Below are positions 25,420 to 35,417 of a DNA stretch of 64,000 bases, piece by piece. How positions within the stretch are numbered: the first letter of the stretch is position 1; every line of letters begins with the position of its first letter. The notes under the pieces were generated by a model, which had not been told where the DNA came from, ran no database searches, and was given only the letters and a program-made list of their open reading frames with translations. Source of the stretch: a virus; IMG/VR virus record IMGVR_UViG_3300025732_000017. The stretch is one strand, 5' to 3'. A program made the translations under genes and the position numbers.

Positions 25420-25505
25420 TGCCACACGCACATAAGAACCGTCCGCGCAAGGGTCGTCGCAAGATTGGCTCCAAGAAGCGTCGCGCACGTTCTCTTCGCA
25501 AGTAA
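25419..25505 (+). CDS. Very basic 28-aa peptide
   Basis: MPHAHKNRPRKGRRKIGSKKRRARSLRK; TAATG overlap with the upstream stop. Confidence 0.55.
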   Translation: MPHAHKNRPRKGRRKIGSKKRRARSLRK

Positions 25506-25512
25506 GATATCT

Positions 25513-25589
25513 GCCCACATAGACCAATAGGCAGAGTCAAGGAACTTAAAATTCCTGTGTTGTGAGTTCGAATCTCACTGTGGGCACCA
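25513..25589 (+). tRNA. tRNA-Leu (TAA), short variable loop
   Basis: Cloverleaf, AGGAA-CTTAAAA-TTCCT, CCA. Confidence 0.9.
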
Positions 25590-25604
25590 ATTCCAGAGGA
25601 TACC

Positions 25605-26714
25605 ATGGCACTATCTGTAAAGATCGCCAGAAAGCCTAAGAAGCCTCGCGTCACCCGTGAAATCAACATGGGTTCCGAGCCTCGCTTTGATCCAGACAAG
25701 ATCGCCGATCCGCAGGAACTTTCGGATGCGTATAACTGGTACAATACCGAGTACGACTATGCGGACTCGCGTCGTTTTCTTTTGACCTATATGAAGGCCA
25801 ATGGATACGACAAGGATCAGCTTGAGAAGGTATCCAATCTTCCTACAACATTCCATGTGACGACTGTGGGCTGGGTTGCTCGCATTCTGTCGCGTGGTGC
25901 AACTGTAAATGATCAATGCCGTGAATGGTTTGATGCTCAGGTTCAGAGTATTCTGGAGCATCAGCCAAAGGCTGTCGTGCAGGAAGTCAAGTTTACGGTA
26001 GACAAGTCATTTCTGTTGTTTGATCGCATCGTGTCCACGATTGACGAACAGCTGGATCTTTTCTTTGATGACAAGGTCGAGTCTTGGAATCTGAAGGAGC
26101 ATCTTTCTGGTGTGACTATCACTCCCGCTGTTGGAAAGCGTGTGGTGTCGCATTTTGATCGTCTCATGCAGGAATATGATGAGGCTCTGACTCGCAAGGA
26201 CGAGCAACTGAACGAGGCTTATTCCAAGATCTCTCGTCCCAAGCTGAAGCGTATGCGTGAGTTTCTGGCTTCCATCATTGCGTCTCTAAGTGCTGAGAGC
26301 CACAAGACCAAGGTGGTTCGTGCTGCTCGCGCTCCTCGTGCGAAGTCGGCGCATCAGCTTGTGCAGAAGATGAGGTATCAGCTTTCTCACAAGGAGCTGG
26401 ATCTTCTTAGTGTTGCACCAGAGTCCATCATTGGTGCATCGCAGCTGTGGGTGTACAATACCAAGACGCGGAAACTTGGCGTGTACAATGCACAGGGCAC
26501 TTCTGGATTGAAGGTCAAGGGTTCTACCATTCTGGGCTTTGATGAAGCAACGTCTGTGTCCAAGAAGCTGCGTAAGCCCGAGAAGGTTCTGCCTACGGTT
26601 GCACAGGGTGGTAAGGTTGCTCTTCGGTCTGTGCTGGATGATGTAAATGCAGTTGCATCGCCCTTGACTGGGCGTGTGAATGCTGATACAATTCTGCTTA
26701 GAACCGTGAAGTGA
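25605..26714 (+). CDS. Conserved T4-like phage hypothetical protein
   Basis: IIGASQLWVYNTKTRKLGVY...LRKPE...GRVNADTILL. Confidence 0.7.
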   Translation: MALSVKIARKPKKPRVTREINMGSEPRFDPDKIADPQELSDAYNWYNTEYDYADSRRFLLTYMKANGYDKDQLEKVSNLPTTFHVTTVGWVARILSRGATVNDQCREWFDAQVQSILEHQPKAVVQEVKFTVDKSFLLFDRIVSTIDEQLDLFFDDKVESWNLKEHLSGVTITPAVGKRVVSHFDRLMQEYDEALTRKDEQLNEAYSKISRPKLKRMREFLASIIASLSAESHKTKVVRAARAPRAKSAHQLVQKMRYQLSHKELDLLSVAPESIIGASQLWVYNTKTRKLGVYNAQGTSGLKVKGSTILGFDEATSVSKKLRKPEKVLPTVAQGGKVALRSVLDDVNAVASPLTGRVNADTILLRTVK

Positions 26715-26729
26715 AATGGAAGGTGAACA

Positions 26730-27071
26730 ATGAGCCTTGACGTATACATATCAGCTGTCAGAACTGTGAATGTCTATGAGGGTAATATTACCCACAATCT
26801 GAACAAGATGGCCATGGAAGTGAAGCTGTCCAATGGGCACACTCTGTATGACGTTCTGTGGCGTCCAGAGGAACATAACTACATGAAGGCCAGCGAGATC
26901 TCGCCTCTTCTTGTAGAAGGAATCATGATTCTTCGCTCAGAGCGTGAGAGGTTCCTTCCTTTCAATCCTCCAAATGGTTTTGGAGATTATTGGGGTCTTG
27001 TTGACTTTACACAAGAATATCTCAACGCCTGTCTGGAAAATCCAGATGGTGAGATTCGGGCTTGCAGATGA
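26730..27071 (+). CDS. Hypothetical phage protein
   Basis: NITHNLNKMA...FNPPNGFGDY. Confidence 0.6.
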   Translation: MSLDVYISAVRTVNVYEGNITHNLNKMAMEVKLSNGHTLYDVLWRPEEHNYMKASEISPLLVEGIMILRSERERFLPFNPPNGFGDYWGLVDFTQEYLNACLENPDGEIRACR

Positions 27072-27077
27072 AAGATC

Positions 27078-27251
27078 ATGAATCCGTTTGACCATGTACA
27101 GATAACCATAACGCCCTTGATGGACGATCCACAATATGCAAGCTGTCCAAGGTGTCGCAAGTACACACGCGAAGGTATCCATAACATGGATTGTCTATGC
27201 AATAGATGCGTGGATGCATTGGAACATATGAAAAAGGATGATAAACGATGA
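27078..27251 (+). CDS. Small Cys4 zinc-finger protein
   Basis: SCPRCRKY...CLCNRC, resembling the IleRS/FPG-type finger. Confidence 0.5.
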   Translation: MNPFDHVQITITPLMDDPQYASCPRCRKYTREGIHNMDCLCNRCVDALEHMKKDDKR

Positions 27252-27468
27252 CGATGAGCGAGAATTACCTTACCGGCGTAGAGAGAATGATAGACGAGCG
27301 AAACAAGCCATCATGCGACGAGCGGATTGATGAGTTGTCTGAACTGGCAAACGCATACATGGATCAGTATGTCCATTTCAAGGACATGGTCTTTGATATC
27401 ATTGAAGGCAAGCTGTCTATTGAAGACGCCAAGATCCAAATGCATGGACTTGAGAGAGGATATGACAA

Positions 27469-27834
27469 GTGACTGAAGACAATCCGACTAACGTGCTTTC
27501 GTTTCCCAAGAAAAAGCTGACGGGAACACTAAGCGCAACACAATCCAAGGAAGAGTTTGTAAAGCAGCTCGGCGAACACAAGGAAAAGTATATTGATATG
27601 GTTCTTGCAAGGACCATGAATCAGCTATACAATCGTATGGCAACCGAGGGCTTCAACACCGAAGATGATGTCTTCTTCAATGATTTCTGCTTTGTTGTGG
27701 AAGGATTGAAGTCTGCCATGCTTCGCCAGTGTGGACTGGAACATCCAATCCAGAAGTTCGTTGATGAGAACTTTGAATCTGCGCCACAGGAAAATACGGA
27801 AGACGATATTCCAGATGACGATGAAGACAAATAA
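27469..27834 (+). CDS. Hypothetical protein with acidic tail
   Basis: ORF, GTGA overlap with the upstream gene. Confidence 0.55.
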   Translation: MTEDNPTNVLSFPKKKLTGTLSATQSKEEFVKQLGEHKEKYIDMVLARTMNQLYNRMATEGFNTEDDVFFNDFCFVVEGLKSAMLRQCGLEHPIQKFVDENFESAPQENTEDDIPDDDEDK

Positions 27835-27875
27835 AAGTCCTTGATTTTCCCAGTAACATAACATATAATGAATTC

Positions 27876-28718
27876 ATGATTATCATTGATTACAATCAGC
27901 TCTGTATTGCAAATTTGATGAAGCAGATTGGCAATACTTCAAACCTGGAAGAGGGCCTTGTGCGACACATGGTCCTCAATTCCATTCGTGCAATCTCCAA
28001 GAAGTTTCGGAATCATGGCGATATCGTTATCGCATGTGATGGTCCGACATATTGGCGTCGCGAAGTCTTTCCGCAATACAAGCAGCATCGCAAGAAGGAC
28101 CGCGAAAAGTCTGGGCATGATTGGTCTGCCATCTTCACCATTCTGCACAAGATCCGTGAAGAGATTTCTACCAACATGCCATACAAGGTCATTCGTGTGG
28201 AAGGTGCCGAGGCAGACGATATCATTGCGACTCTTACCAAGAAGTATTGTCCGCATGAATCTGTCGTGATCGTGTCATCCGACAAGGACTTTGTTCAGCT
28301 CCATGTCAGCAAGAATGTGAAGCAGTGGTCGCCCATTCTCGGCAAGTTCGTGGCTACGGATACGCCAATGCGCGACAAGCTGGAGCATATTCTGCAGGGT
28401 GATCGTGGCGACGGTATTCCGAATGCGCTGTCCGCAGACGACTCTTTTGTCACTGGTCAGAGACAGAAACCTATAAATAAGACGAGACTAGCCGAGTGGG
28501 TGGAGATGTCTTATGACGATCTATCCAAGCACGGCCAGCTCGGACATGGATTTACACGGAACAGAATGCTTATTGATTTTGACAACATTCCTAGCGCAAT
28601 CTCGCAAGCCATCGTCGCTCAGTACGAATCCATTACGCCCAAGCCTCGCGCTGCCATGATCAATTATTTCATGGCGTCTCGCCTAACCAACCTAATTTCC
28701 TCTATTGATGAGTTTTGA
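27876..28718 (+). CDS. rnh: T4-type RNase H / 5'-3' exonuclease
   Basis: IIIDYNQ, YWRREVFPQYK, EADDIIA, SSDKDFVQL, GDRGDGIPN. Confidence 0.95.
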   Translation: MIIIDYNQLCIANLMKQIGNTSNLEEGLVRHMVLNSIRAISKKFRNHGDIVIACDGPTYWRREVFPQYKQHRKKDREKSGHDWSAIFTILHKIREEISTNMPYKVIRVEGAEADDIIATLTKKYCPHESVVIVSSDKDFVQLHVSKNVKQWSPILGKFVATDTPMRDKLEHILQGDRGDGIPNALSADDSFVTGQRQKPINKTRLAEWVEMSYDDLSKHGQLGHGFTRNRMLIDFDNIPSAISQAIVAQYESITPKPRAAMINYFMASRLTNLISSIDEF

Positions 28719-29161
28719 AAATGATATTGACAATTTCTGAAGTGTTTGAACGATTTGAGAAAGCGGAGACAGATGCTGATCGCATCAATGTTCTCCGTGC
28801 AAACAATACCAGGACGCTACGCAAGGTTCTTGCGTGTGCGTTCAATCCAAATATTGAATTCACGACTGAAGGTCGTTGGCCAAATTGGAAGCCGTCAGAT
28901 GTACCTACGGGCATGACATATGGTGATCTGCATCGCGAGTTTGATCGCATGTATCTATTCATCAAGAATCATCCAAAGCGCCCTACGACTCTTACAGAGA
29001 AGCGTTCAGATCAGCTATTGATCCAGATGCTGGAGATGATGCCTCAAGGCGATGCAATTGTCACGCTGAACATGATGGGCAAGAACCTGAAGGTCAAGGG
29101 TCTTACTAAAGAACTAGCCGAAGCTGCATTCGGTCCAAATCTATTGAATGAGAGTGTTTGA
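28715..29161 (+). CDS. Conserved T4-like hypothetical protein
   Basis: Typical neighbour of rnh; FIQ/LLIQMLE-type helix. Confidence 0.6.
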   Translation: MKMILTISEVFERFEKAETDADRINVLRANNTRTLRKVLACAFNPNIEFTTEGRWPNWKPSDVPTGMTYGDLHREFDRMYLFIKNHPKRPTTLTEKRSDQLLIQMLEMMPQGDAIVTLNMMGKNLKVKGLTKELAEAAFGPNLLNESV

Positions 29162-29191
29162 TTATGATTACCGCAAACAGGAGATATCCAA

Positions 29192-29587
29192 ATGCGAAAT
29201 CGTACCAAATCAAAGTTAGCAAAGGAAATGTCACGCACACATGAGAAGTGCAAGTATGTTCCAACGCAAGAAGAAATTTCTCGTTGGTTCAATATAATCA
29301 ATCGCGAGATCTTCAAGAATGATCTTCCGCAGTTTAGAAAGATTGAGATTCGTCGTCGCCATGGTTGTTGGGGTGAGTGTATTGGAGACACCAGCAAGAC
29401 CAAAGGCCGTTTCTCTGATCTTTCCCTCAACCACTACCAAAAATCAAAAAAGCATTTCATCGAGGTTCTGATACACGAAATGGTTCACCATTATCAATGG
29501 ATCCACGAGAACACGATGACACACGGCGAAAGTTTTTTCGCATGGAAGCCAATCCTGGCAAAGTATAACGTAAATCTAACCGCATAA
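29192..29587 (+). CDS. SprT-like zinc metalloprotease
   Basis: LIHEMVHHYQ (HExxH), THGESF. Confidence 0.8.
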   Translation: MRNRTKSKLAKEMSRTHEKCKYVPTQEEISRWFNIINREIFKNDLPQFRKIEIRRRHGCWGECIGDTSKTKGRFSDLSLNHYQKSKKHFIEVLIHEMVHHYQWIHENTMTHGESFFAWKPILAKYNVNLTA

Positions 29588-29779
29588 GGAGTAAAATAGC
29601 AAAACATGTCCAAGCGTAAGTACAATACTGATGATCAGTACGAAGACGACGATATTGATTATGATATGAATAAGGCAGTTCGCAAGGAACGCCGACCAAA
29701 TTCCAAGAACTTACTCAAGAAATGGCAAGACGCCGACGACGAATTTGATGACGATTTCTACTCACGCTGAGGACATGCA

Positions 29780-30103
29780 ATGATTATGCTAAATGTGGTA
29801 AACCTTATTCTCCAGAAGACAGCCAATGGAGCAATTCATTGCGAGGAGACAACACGCATTCTCGTCCATGCTGTGGATATTCTTCAAGTGTATGAACAAC
29901 ATTCCAAGCGCGATACGCACACATATGCAATCGTCAAGTCGCCAAGTGGCGCAACAAACATCTATCGCATTCGTGAGACGATTGATTGTGTTCAGAGAAT
30001 GATTCTCGGTCTACCGAATAAAACTGTGCCTTCAGCACGGATTCAAGCTGCAGTAGATCTTCTTCACGGAACTACCAATTCTGAAAATCTTCTTCATCCG
30101 TAG
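29780..30103 (+). CDS. Hypothetical protein
   Basis: ORF with GGA RBS. Confidence 0.5.
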   Translation: MIMLNVVNLILQKTANGAIHCEETTRILVHAVDILQVYEQHSKRDTHTYAIVKSPSGATNIYRIRETIDCVQRMILGLPNKTVPSARIQAAVDLLHGTTNSENLLHP

Positions 30104-30404
30104 GAAATATTGGATCAATAGGCTCATGGCCATATATGTTTCGCATGTCCATGAGCCTATCAATGTTCTTTTCCGATCTGGCAGACTTCAATTGATTGAC
30201 AAGTCTTCTCTGTTCTTGCTCTGGCGTAAGTGCTTGAACACCCCAGTTACGATTCTTCGCTCCGCAGTATCTGGAACAGAATCTTGCTTTAGGTCTAATC
30301 GTGATGAATTCCTTGTTGCAATGAGCACAGATCTTTTTTACTTGTGCTGTGATCGGGCGACCGACAGGACGACCAGTAGGAATATATTTTTTCTTTTTAG
30401 GCAT
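30072..30404 (-). CDS. Small Cys-rich putative DNA-binding protein
   Basis: TGRPVGRP, ICAHCNKEF...ARFCSRYC; lone antisense gene. Confidence 0.55.
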   Translation of the reverse strand: MPKKKKYIPTGRPVGRPITAQVKKICAHCNKEFITIRPKARFCSRYCGAKNRNWGVQALTPEQEQRRLVNQLKSARSEKNIDRLMDMRNIYGHEPIDPIFPTDEEDFQNW

Positions 30405-31610
30405 GGAGATATTTATGAGTGATGATAAGAAATTCATAGACAGGATTGCACGTTCTCTATATGCAGAACAATACAAGATTTCAACATGGGATTCCATGAG
30501 TGAAGAAAAACGACAATTCTGGAGAGATGAAGCTGAAAGGTTCATTGAAGCAGCAAACGAAACTGGTATCGCATTATATGATGTGGATGATCATAGATGA
30601 ACATCAAGGATACTGAAAAGCTGATTGAGCTGCTGGATTCCATTCTAAACATGTTTGAAAAGGTTCCTACCATAGATCCAACGGGCCACAATAATTTCAT
30701 GTGGCTGATGATGTATGACATGATGACGAAGCCTATCGTGATCATGCAGAACATTCTCTATCTGCATCTAGATGCACTCAAGGAAAAAGAAAATGCACAT
30801 TCTGGAACTGACGAAGACAATAGACTCGGCGATTAGTCGTGCCGTAAAGTTTCGCGAGAATGGATCGCTTGCACATACTCTGGACCAGGATGTGTTTCGT
30901 GTCATATCAATTGCAATTGCAACGGAAATACTGGACACATACATAGTCAAAAAGAAGGACGAGTGATATGAAACGTGTTGGTGTTCTTGCTCTGTTTCTA
31001 CTTGGTGGATGCTTGGCGCATGATCCATACTACAATCCGCCACGCTATCATCATTACTCACAGCCATACTATCACCGACACTATCATCGTCCCGTGTGTC
31101 ATACGCACTATCAGTGGAATCCATACACTCACAGATACTATCCTCGTCGTATTTGTTATTGACATACCCAATCAATTCATATATGATGTGAAGCATGGAT
31201 AAATTCATTTTCAATTCCGTCGTTCGTAATCTGGATGATCGCATTCAGGATTACTTCTTTCTCAAGCAAAAGATGGGTGTTGATCATGCAACCGTGCATG
31301 ACGCAATCCAAGACATATTCTCGCTTGCCGACCAACTGGTTTCTCTGAAAGACGACGAATGACATTTTGGCAATTCTGCATTCTGACTCTTGGTGTTGGA
31401 TTTGTCATAACGATGGGTATCTTGTATTTTACTGACATTGGTAAAGAAGATGATTGAGAAACGAAAGATTGAAATCACCATGAAGGAATTCTATGAAGCC
31501 ATTCGGCTTTTCGTGCATGAGACGCATGGTGTCGTAATGCCCGTTGAACGCACCGATGTCAAGATGTCCACAGACGAACACAAACTTACATTTGAATGGG
31601 AATACAAGTG

Positions 31611-32012
31611 ATGAGCAAGAAACTTTGGAATACGATTGACCACACGATCCTCAAGGCTCTACCAAATGCTGCACGAGGCTATGAACAGAGGATAACCATT
31701 CCCGAGTTCACATTCCTTGGTGCAAAGGAACAACCAGACTTTGGCGTAATCGTGATTTGGTTCTATGGCAATGAAAAGACGATTGAGCTGAAGAGCCTAA
31801 AGCAGTACATCTATCAGTATCGTGACACGATCATTTCCTATGAGAGATGTTTGGATGTGATGTTCAAGCACATGATGGAAGTATATAAGCCAGACAGAAT
31901 TCGCATTGAGATTGATTTCCGTCCACGTGGTGGAATTTCTAGCAAGCTGACTGTGGATTCCGATTGGGGTCATCTTGGTGGAACAGATAAAGTTTGGCAA
32001 CATCACAAATAA
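31611..32012 (+). CDS. QueF-like T-fold protein lacking the catalytic Cys
   Basis: PEFTFLG..EQPDFG, IELKSLKQYI.QYRD..ISYE, FRPRGGI. Confidence 0.85.
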   Translation: MSKKLWNTIDHTILKALPNAARGYEQRITIPEFTFLGAKEQPDFGVIVIWFYGNEKTIELKSLKQYIYQYRDTIISYERCLDVMFKHMMEVYKPDRIRIEIDFRPRGGISSKLTVDSDWGHLGGTDKVWQHHK

Positions 32013-32072
32013 GCCTTGATTTTCCCAATACACCAATATATAATGTAGATACAATCAAATTAGGAGATTGAA

Positions 32073-32432
32073 ATGAAGACTTTTACTCGTATGGCTGCTC
32101 AGGGCGATTTCGTGATCTTCCGCATCAATGAGATGCCGAAGAATGTGGAGCGCATCGAGATCAAGAACAACCATCTCACGGTTGCTCACTCTGAGACTGG
32201 ACATAATCATGTCGCTGTCCTGAAGCGTCCAGAGTCCGTTGAAGCGTTCAAGGAGACTGGCACCAAGGATGTGGATCTGTACAAGATGTTCCTTCTTGTG
32301 AAGGATCCGACTCCGATTGAACATCTTCGGCCACACGACACACATGAAACTCTGCTTGTTGCTCCGGGCAAGTATGAGATCCGCAGGCAGCGTGAGTACA
32401 CCCCGGAGGGTTTCCGTCGCGCTCAGGACTAA
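32073..32432 (+). CDS. Conserved phage hypothetical protein
   Basis: AAQGD, VAHSETGHNH, HLRPHDTH, PGKYEIRRQREY; His-rich. Confidence 0.7.
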   Translation: MKTFTRMAAQGDFVIFRINEMPKNVERIEIKNNHLTVAHSETGHNHVAVLKRPESVEAFKETGTKDVDLYKMFLLVKDPTPIEHLRPHDTHETLLVAPGKYEIRRQREYTPEGFRRAQD

Positions 32433-32446
32433 GCTGAGACAAACAG

Positions 32447-32478
32447 AAAAGACGGCGCCACAAACGCCGTCTTTTTTT
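32447..32478 (+). terminator. Rho-independent terminator
   Basis: AAAAGACGGCG-ccacaaa-CGCCGTC followed by T run. Confidence 0.85.
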
Positions 32479-32851
32479 ATTGGTGGTATTCATGAAGCCA
32501 ATGAATGATATTATAGCGGCGCCGCGCAGCTGCGAGTGGATGTATCGGCGTGCATATCGTGCCATTTTATGGGACTTGTTTCTGGTGGACTATGTAAAGA
32601 CCAGAATAATGTTAGATGTGGAACATGAGGATCTAAACCATGAAGTATAGAGTTTATACCAACGTTATTCATTCCATGTATGCTCGTCTGGATGATCAAA
32701 TTGTTTCGGGATGCAGGCCTGGATTATTTGACGAGGCTGGATTGACCGTTGATATGGTAACGGTAATTGAAAAGGTACGCAGACCAGTTCTGGCCCAGAT
32801 ATATTCGCAAATTGAACGCCCTGACATTTCCAATCAATCGGAAGATCAGTC

Positions 32852-33013
32852 ATGAACGAGTCATTTGATGAAGTCTGGCAACAAGCCCGAAATCAAGTCT
32901 GGAATCGTGTCATGAAACGAGTCAATGATGAGGTCTGGGGCAAAGTCTTCTGGGATGAAGTCTCGGATCAAGTCGAGGATCAAGTCTTGGATCAAGTTGA
33001 GGATCAGACATGA
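32852..33013 (+). CDS. QV tetrapeptide-repeat microprotein (cluster A)
   Basis: MNESFDEVWQQARNQVWNRV...SDQVEDQVLDQVEDQT; ATGA overlap with 32640..32855. Confidence 0.6.
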   Translation: MNESFDEVWQQARNQVWNRVMKRVNDEVWGKVFWDEVSDQVEDQVLDQVEDQT

Positions 33014-33082
33014 AATTCACCCTTGACATTCCCAATCTATAATTGTATCATTACCTCATAGTCATCAAAGGAGATAATCGTA

Positions 33083-33955
33083 ATGGCTAAGACGAAGAAG
33101 AAGCTGGATAAGCTGACGCAGGCTCAGATTGATGCGATGCCCAAGTATGTTGAGAAGTGGGTCGCGATCGGTCTTTCCACTGAGCGTGTGGATTTTGAGA
33201 AGGTCAAGCCGCTTGTGGCCAAGTGCTACGAGAAGGCTGGATACAAGGTTCCAAACTTCCACTTTGCACAGGGTCCTGACGAGGGCTATGAGACGTATCT
33301 GGCTCTCGGTGGCAAGCCTGGGCGTTCCGAGTATACCTCGGGCTGCATGTTTGGTTCGATGGAAGCATCTTGGCTTTCCTACTACGACTACTACAAGAAC
33401 GAGACGGACATCGAGATTGACAACATTGACCACATGAAGGAGCTGGTCATGTCGTCTGGTTGGGTCTATCTCGGCGACACCGATGCGATTATCCATGATC
33501 GCCCGACGATCATTGCCCGCGACGAGCAGGGTCGTCTGCACTCGGAGACTGGTCCCGCTATTCAGTATGGTGATGGCTGGGAGCGTTTCTACTGGCACGG
33601 TAACTGCATTCCGCGCGAGTGGATCATGGAGCGTGAGAAGCTGACTGCGGAGATCGCCATCGGTCAGCAGAACGTCGAGCTGCGTCGTTGCGCGTGTGAG
33701 ATCCTTGGTTGGGCAAAGATCCTTGATAGTCTCAAGGCAACTGTGCTTGACGAGGACGAGGATCCGATGATCGGGACTCTGCTTGAGGTTGAGATTCCTG
33801 AGATTGGCAAGGAGAAGTTTCTGAAGGTTCTGTGTGGCACTGGTCGCACGTTTGCAATTCCGGTTCCTCCGGATGTGAATACTGCGCTTGAGGCCAATTC
33901 GTGGACGTATGGAATGGATCCGAAGATGCTGCGGGATCTTGAAGTTCGCACCTGA
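33083..33955 (+). CDS. DUF6745-like protein
   Basis: LTQAQ...YVEKW..IGLST, ASWLSYYDY, GWVY, HDRP...DEQGRLHSETGPAIQYGDGW..WHG, NVELRR, LKVLCGTGR.F..PVPP. Confidence 0.7.
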   Translation: MAKTKKKLDKLTQAQIDAMPKYVEKWVAIGLSTERVDFEKVKPLVAKCYEKAGYKVPNFHFAQGPDEGYETYLALGGKPGRSEYTSGCMFGSMEASWLSYYDYYKNETDIEIDNIDHMKELVMSSGWVYLGDTDAIIHDRPTIIARDEQGRLHSETGPAIQYGDGWERFYWHGNCIPREWIMEREKLTAEIAIGQQNVELRRCACEILGWAKILDSLKATVLDEDEDPMIGTLLEVEIPEIGKEKFLKVLCGTGRTFAIPVPPDVNTALEANSWTYGMDPKMLRDLEVRT

Positions 33956-33998
33956 GAAAAGGAACGCGGTTTAGAGAAATCTGGGCCGCGTTTTACTT

Positions 33999-34584
33999 AT
34001 GAACATAGATGACAAGTTAGGAATCAAGTCAGAAATCCACAATGAATATCGATGATCAAGTCTGTGATCAAGTCTGTGATCAAGTCTGGAATCATGCTTG
34101 GCACGGTCAAGTCTGGGATCAAGTCGAGAATCAAGTCTGGATTCAAGTCTCGAATCAAGTCTGGAATCAAGTCAAGAGTCAAGTCTTGAATCAAGTCAGG
34201 AATCAAGTCAGGAATCCACAATGAACATTGATGACCAAGTAACAAATCATGTTAGCGATAGATGCCATATTGGATCCTCCGAAGAAATTTTCAAGCAAGT
34301 CTGCTGGGATTCATACTGTATGGTCTGGAGTAAAGTTAGAATTGAAGTCGGCAATCAAGTCCAAATTCTGGATTTAGTCTATCGTTGGATTCACAATGAA
34401 CATAGATGATACTGTAATAGGTTTGATTCGCAACGATCCAAACTTTACATTCCATAAAGAATGTGATAATACAAATCAGACCGTCCTATGGGAATTTGAT
34501 AGTCAGATATGGCGTAGAATATACATTGATGTTCTGCATGTAATAATGAATGATGCAGATTTTCCAGAATTCCGCGATACATGA
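33999..34584 (+). repeat. QV microprotein cluster B: tandem MNIDD-starting ORFs
   Basis: Frameshifted relic at 33999, then 34042..34224, 34221..34409, 34396..34584; 12-bp unit like GATCAAGTCTGG. Confidence 0.75.
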
Positions 34585-34970
34585 AAAAGAAAGATCTTGT
34601 CATAATTGCTTGTGGCGGTCGCGATTATACAGACTCAGACTTTGTTAGTGCCACACTTTCCAAACTATCACGATTGACCACTATCATCGTCGGCGGTGCG
34701 CGTGGTGCTGATACCCTTGCAGAATATTGGGCAAATCAACAGAATTGGAAAAATAAACGACAGATAACAATCCAGAGAATTGATGCTGATTGGAAGACGC
34801 ATGGCAAAAAGGCTGGTTATATTCGCAATTCAGAAATGCTAAAGGAATTATTGAAGCATCGTGATAAGGGGAAAGATGTAGGTGTTGTTGCGTTTCCGGG
34901 TGGAACTGGAACCGAAATGATGATCAAACTTGCCAAGAAATCCGATGTGGGTGTATGGCAACCAAAGTAG
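34581..34970 (+). CDS. SLOG-family protein (DUF2493/YspA-like)
   Basis: IIACGGRDY, IIVGGARGAD, ADWKTHGKKAG.IRN, AFPGGTGT. Confidence 0.85.
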   Translation: MKKKDLVIIACGGRDYTDSDFVSATLSKLSRLTTIIVGGARGADTLAEYWANQQNWKNKRQITIQRIDADWKTHGKKAGYIRNSEMLKELLKHRDKGKDVGVVAFPGGTGTEMMIKLAKKSDVGVWQPK

Positions 34971-35024
34971 ACCCTTGACAATAGATTGCTGATCATCTAT
35001 GATGGGTTCATGAAAGGAAATGGC

Positions 35025-35417
35025 ATGATTCCCAAGATTGGTCAAGAAGTGACTGTGCGTGTTCGCAATTCATTGGCAACGCATCGGCATCTGTATGCTG
35101 CTGGTGTTGTCACCGAGTTTGAGACATTCACTGGTAAGGTCTGTGCTCCTGAAAAGTGGCAAGATCCCAAGCGAACGCTGAATCTTACTACAGGCATTCG
35201 GTCTTTTCCCATTCGCTCCCTCTCTCTGGATAATGTTGTCTCCATTGATGGCAAGCGACATGAAGCCAAGAAAACTGACATGACCACAAAGACCTGGACT
35301 GTGCCTGGTTCCAAGGGCAATGTGTATACGATCACCGAGGTCAATGGTCAGCGTTCATGCACCTGTGTCGGATATTCGTTCCGTCGCACCTGTAAGCACG
35401 TTATTGGAGGAAAGTAA
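35025..35417 (+). CDS. SWIM zinc-finger protein
   Basis: VPGSKGNVYTI...CTCVGYSFRRTCKH. Confidence 0.8.
   Translation: MIPKIGQEVTVRVRNSLATHRHLYAAGVVTEFETFTGKVCAPEKWQDPKRTLNLTTGIRSFPIRSLSLDNVVSIDGKRHEAKKTDMTTKTWTVPGSKGNVYTITEVNGQRSCTCVGYSFRRTCKHVIGGK

Noticed and set aside
28472-28479. TATAAATA inside rnh as a late promoter
   Set aside because: Lies within coding sequence about 240 bp from the next start; cannot be distinguished from chance
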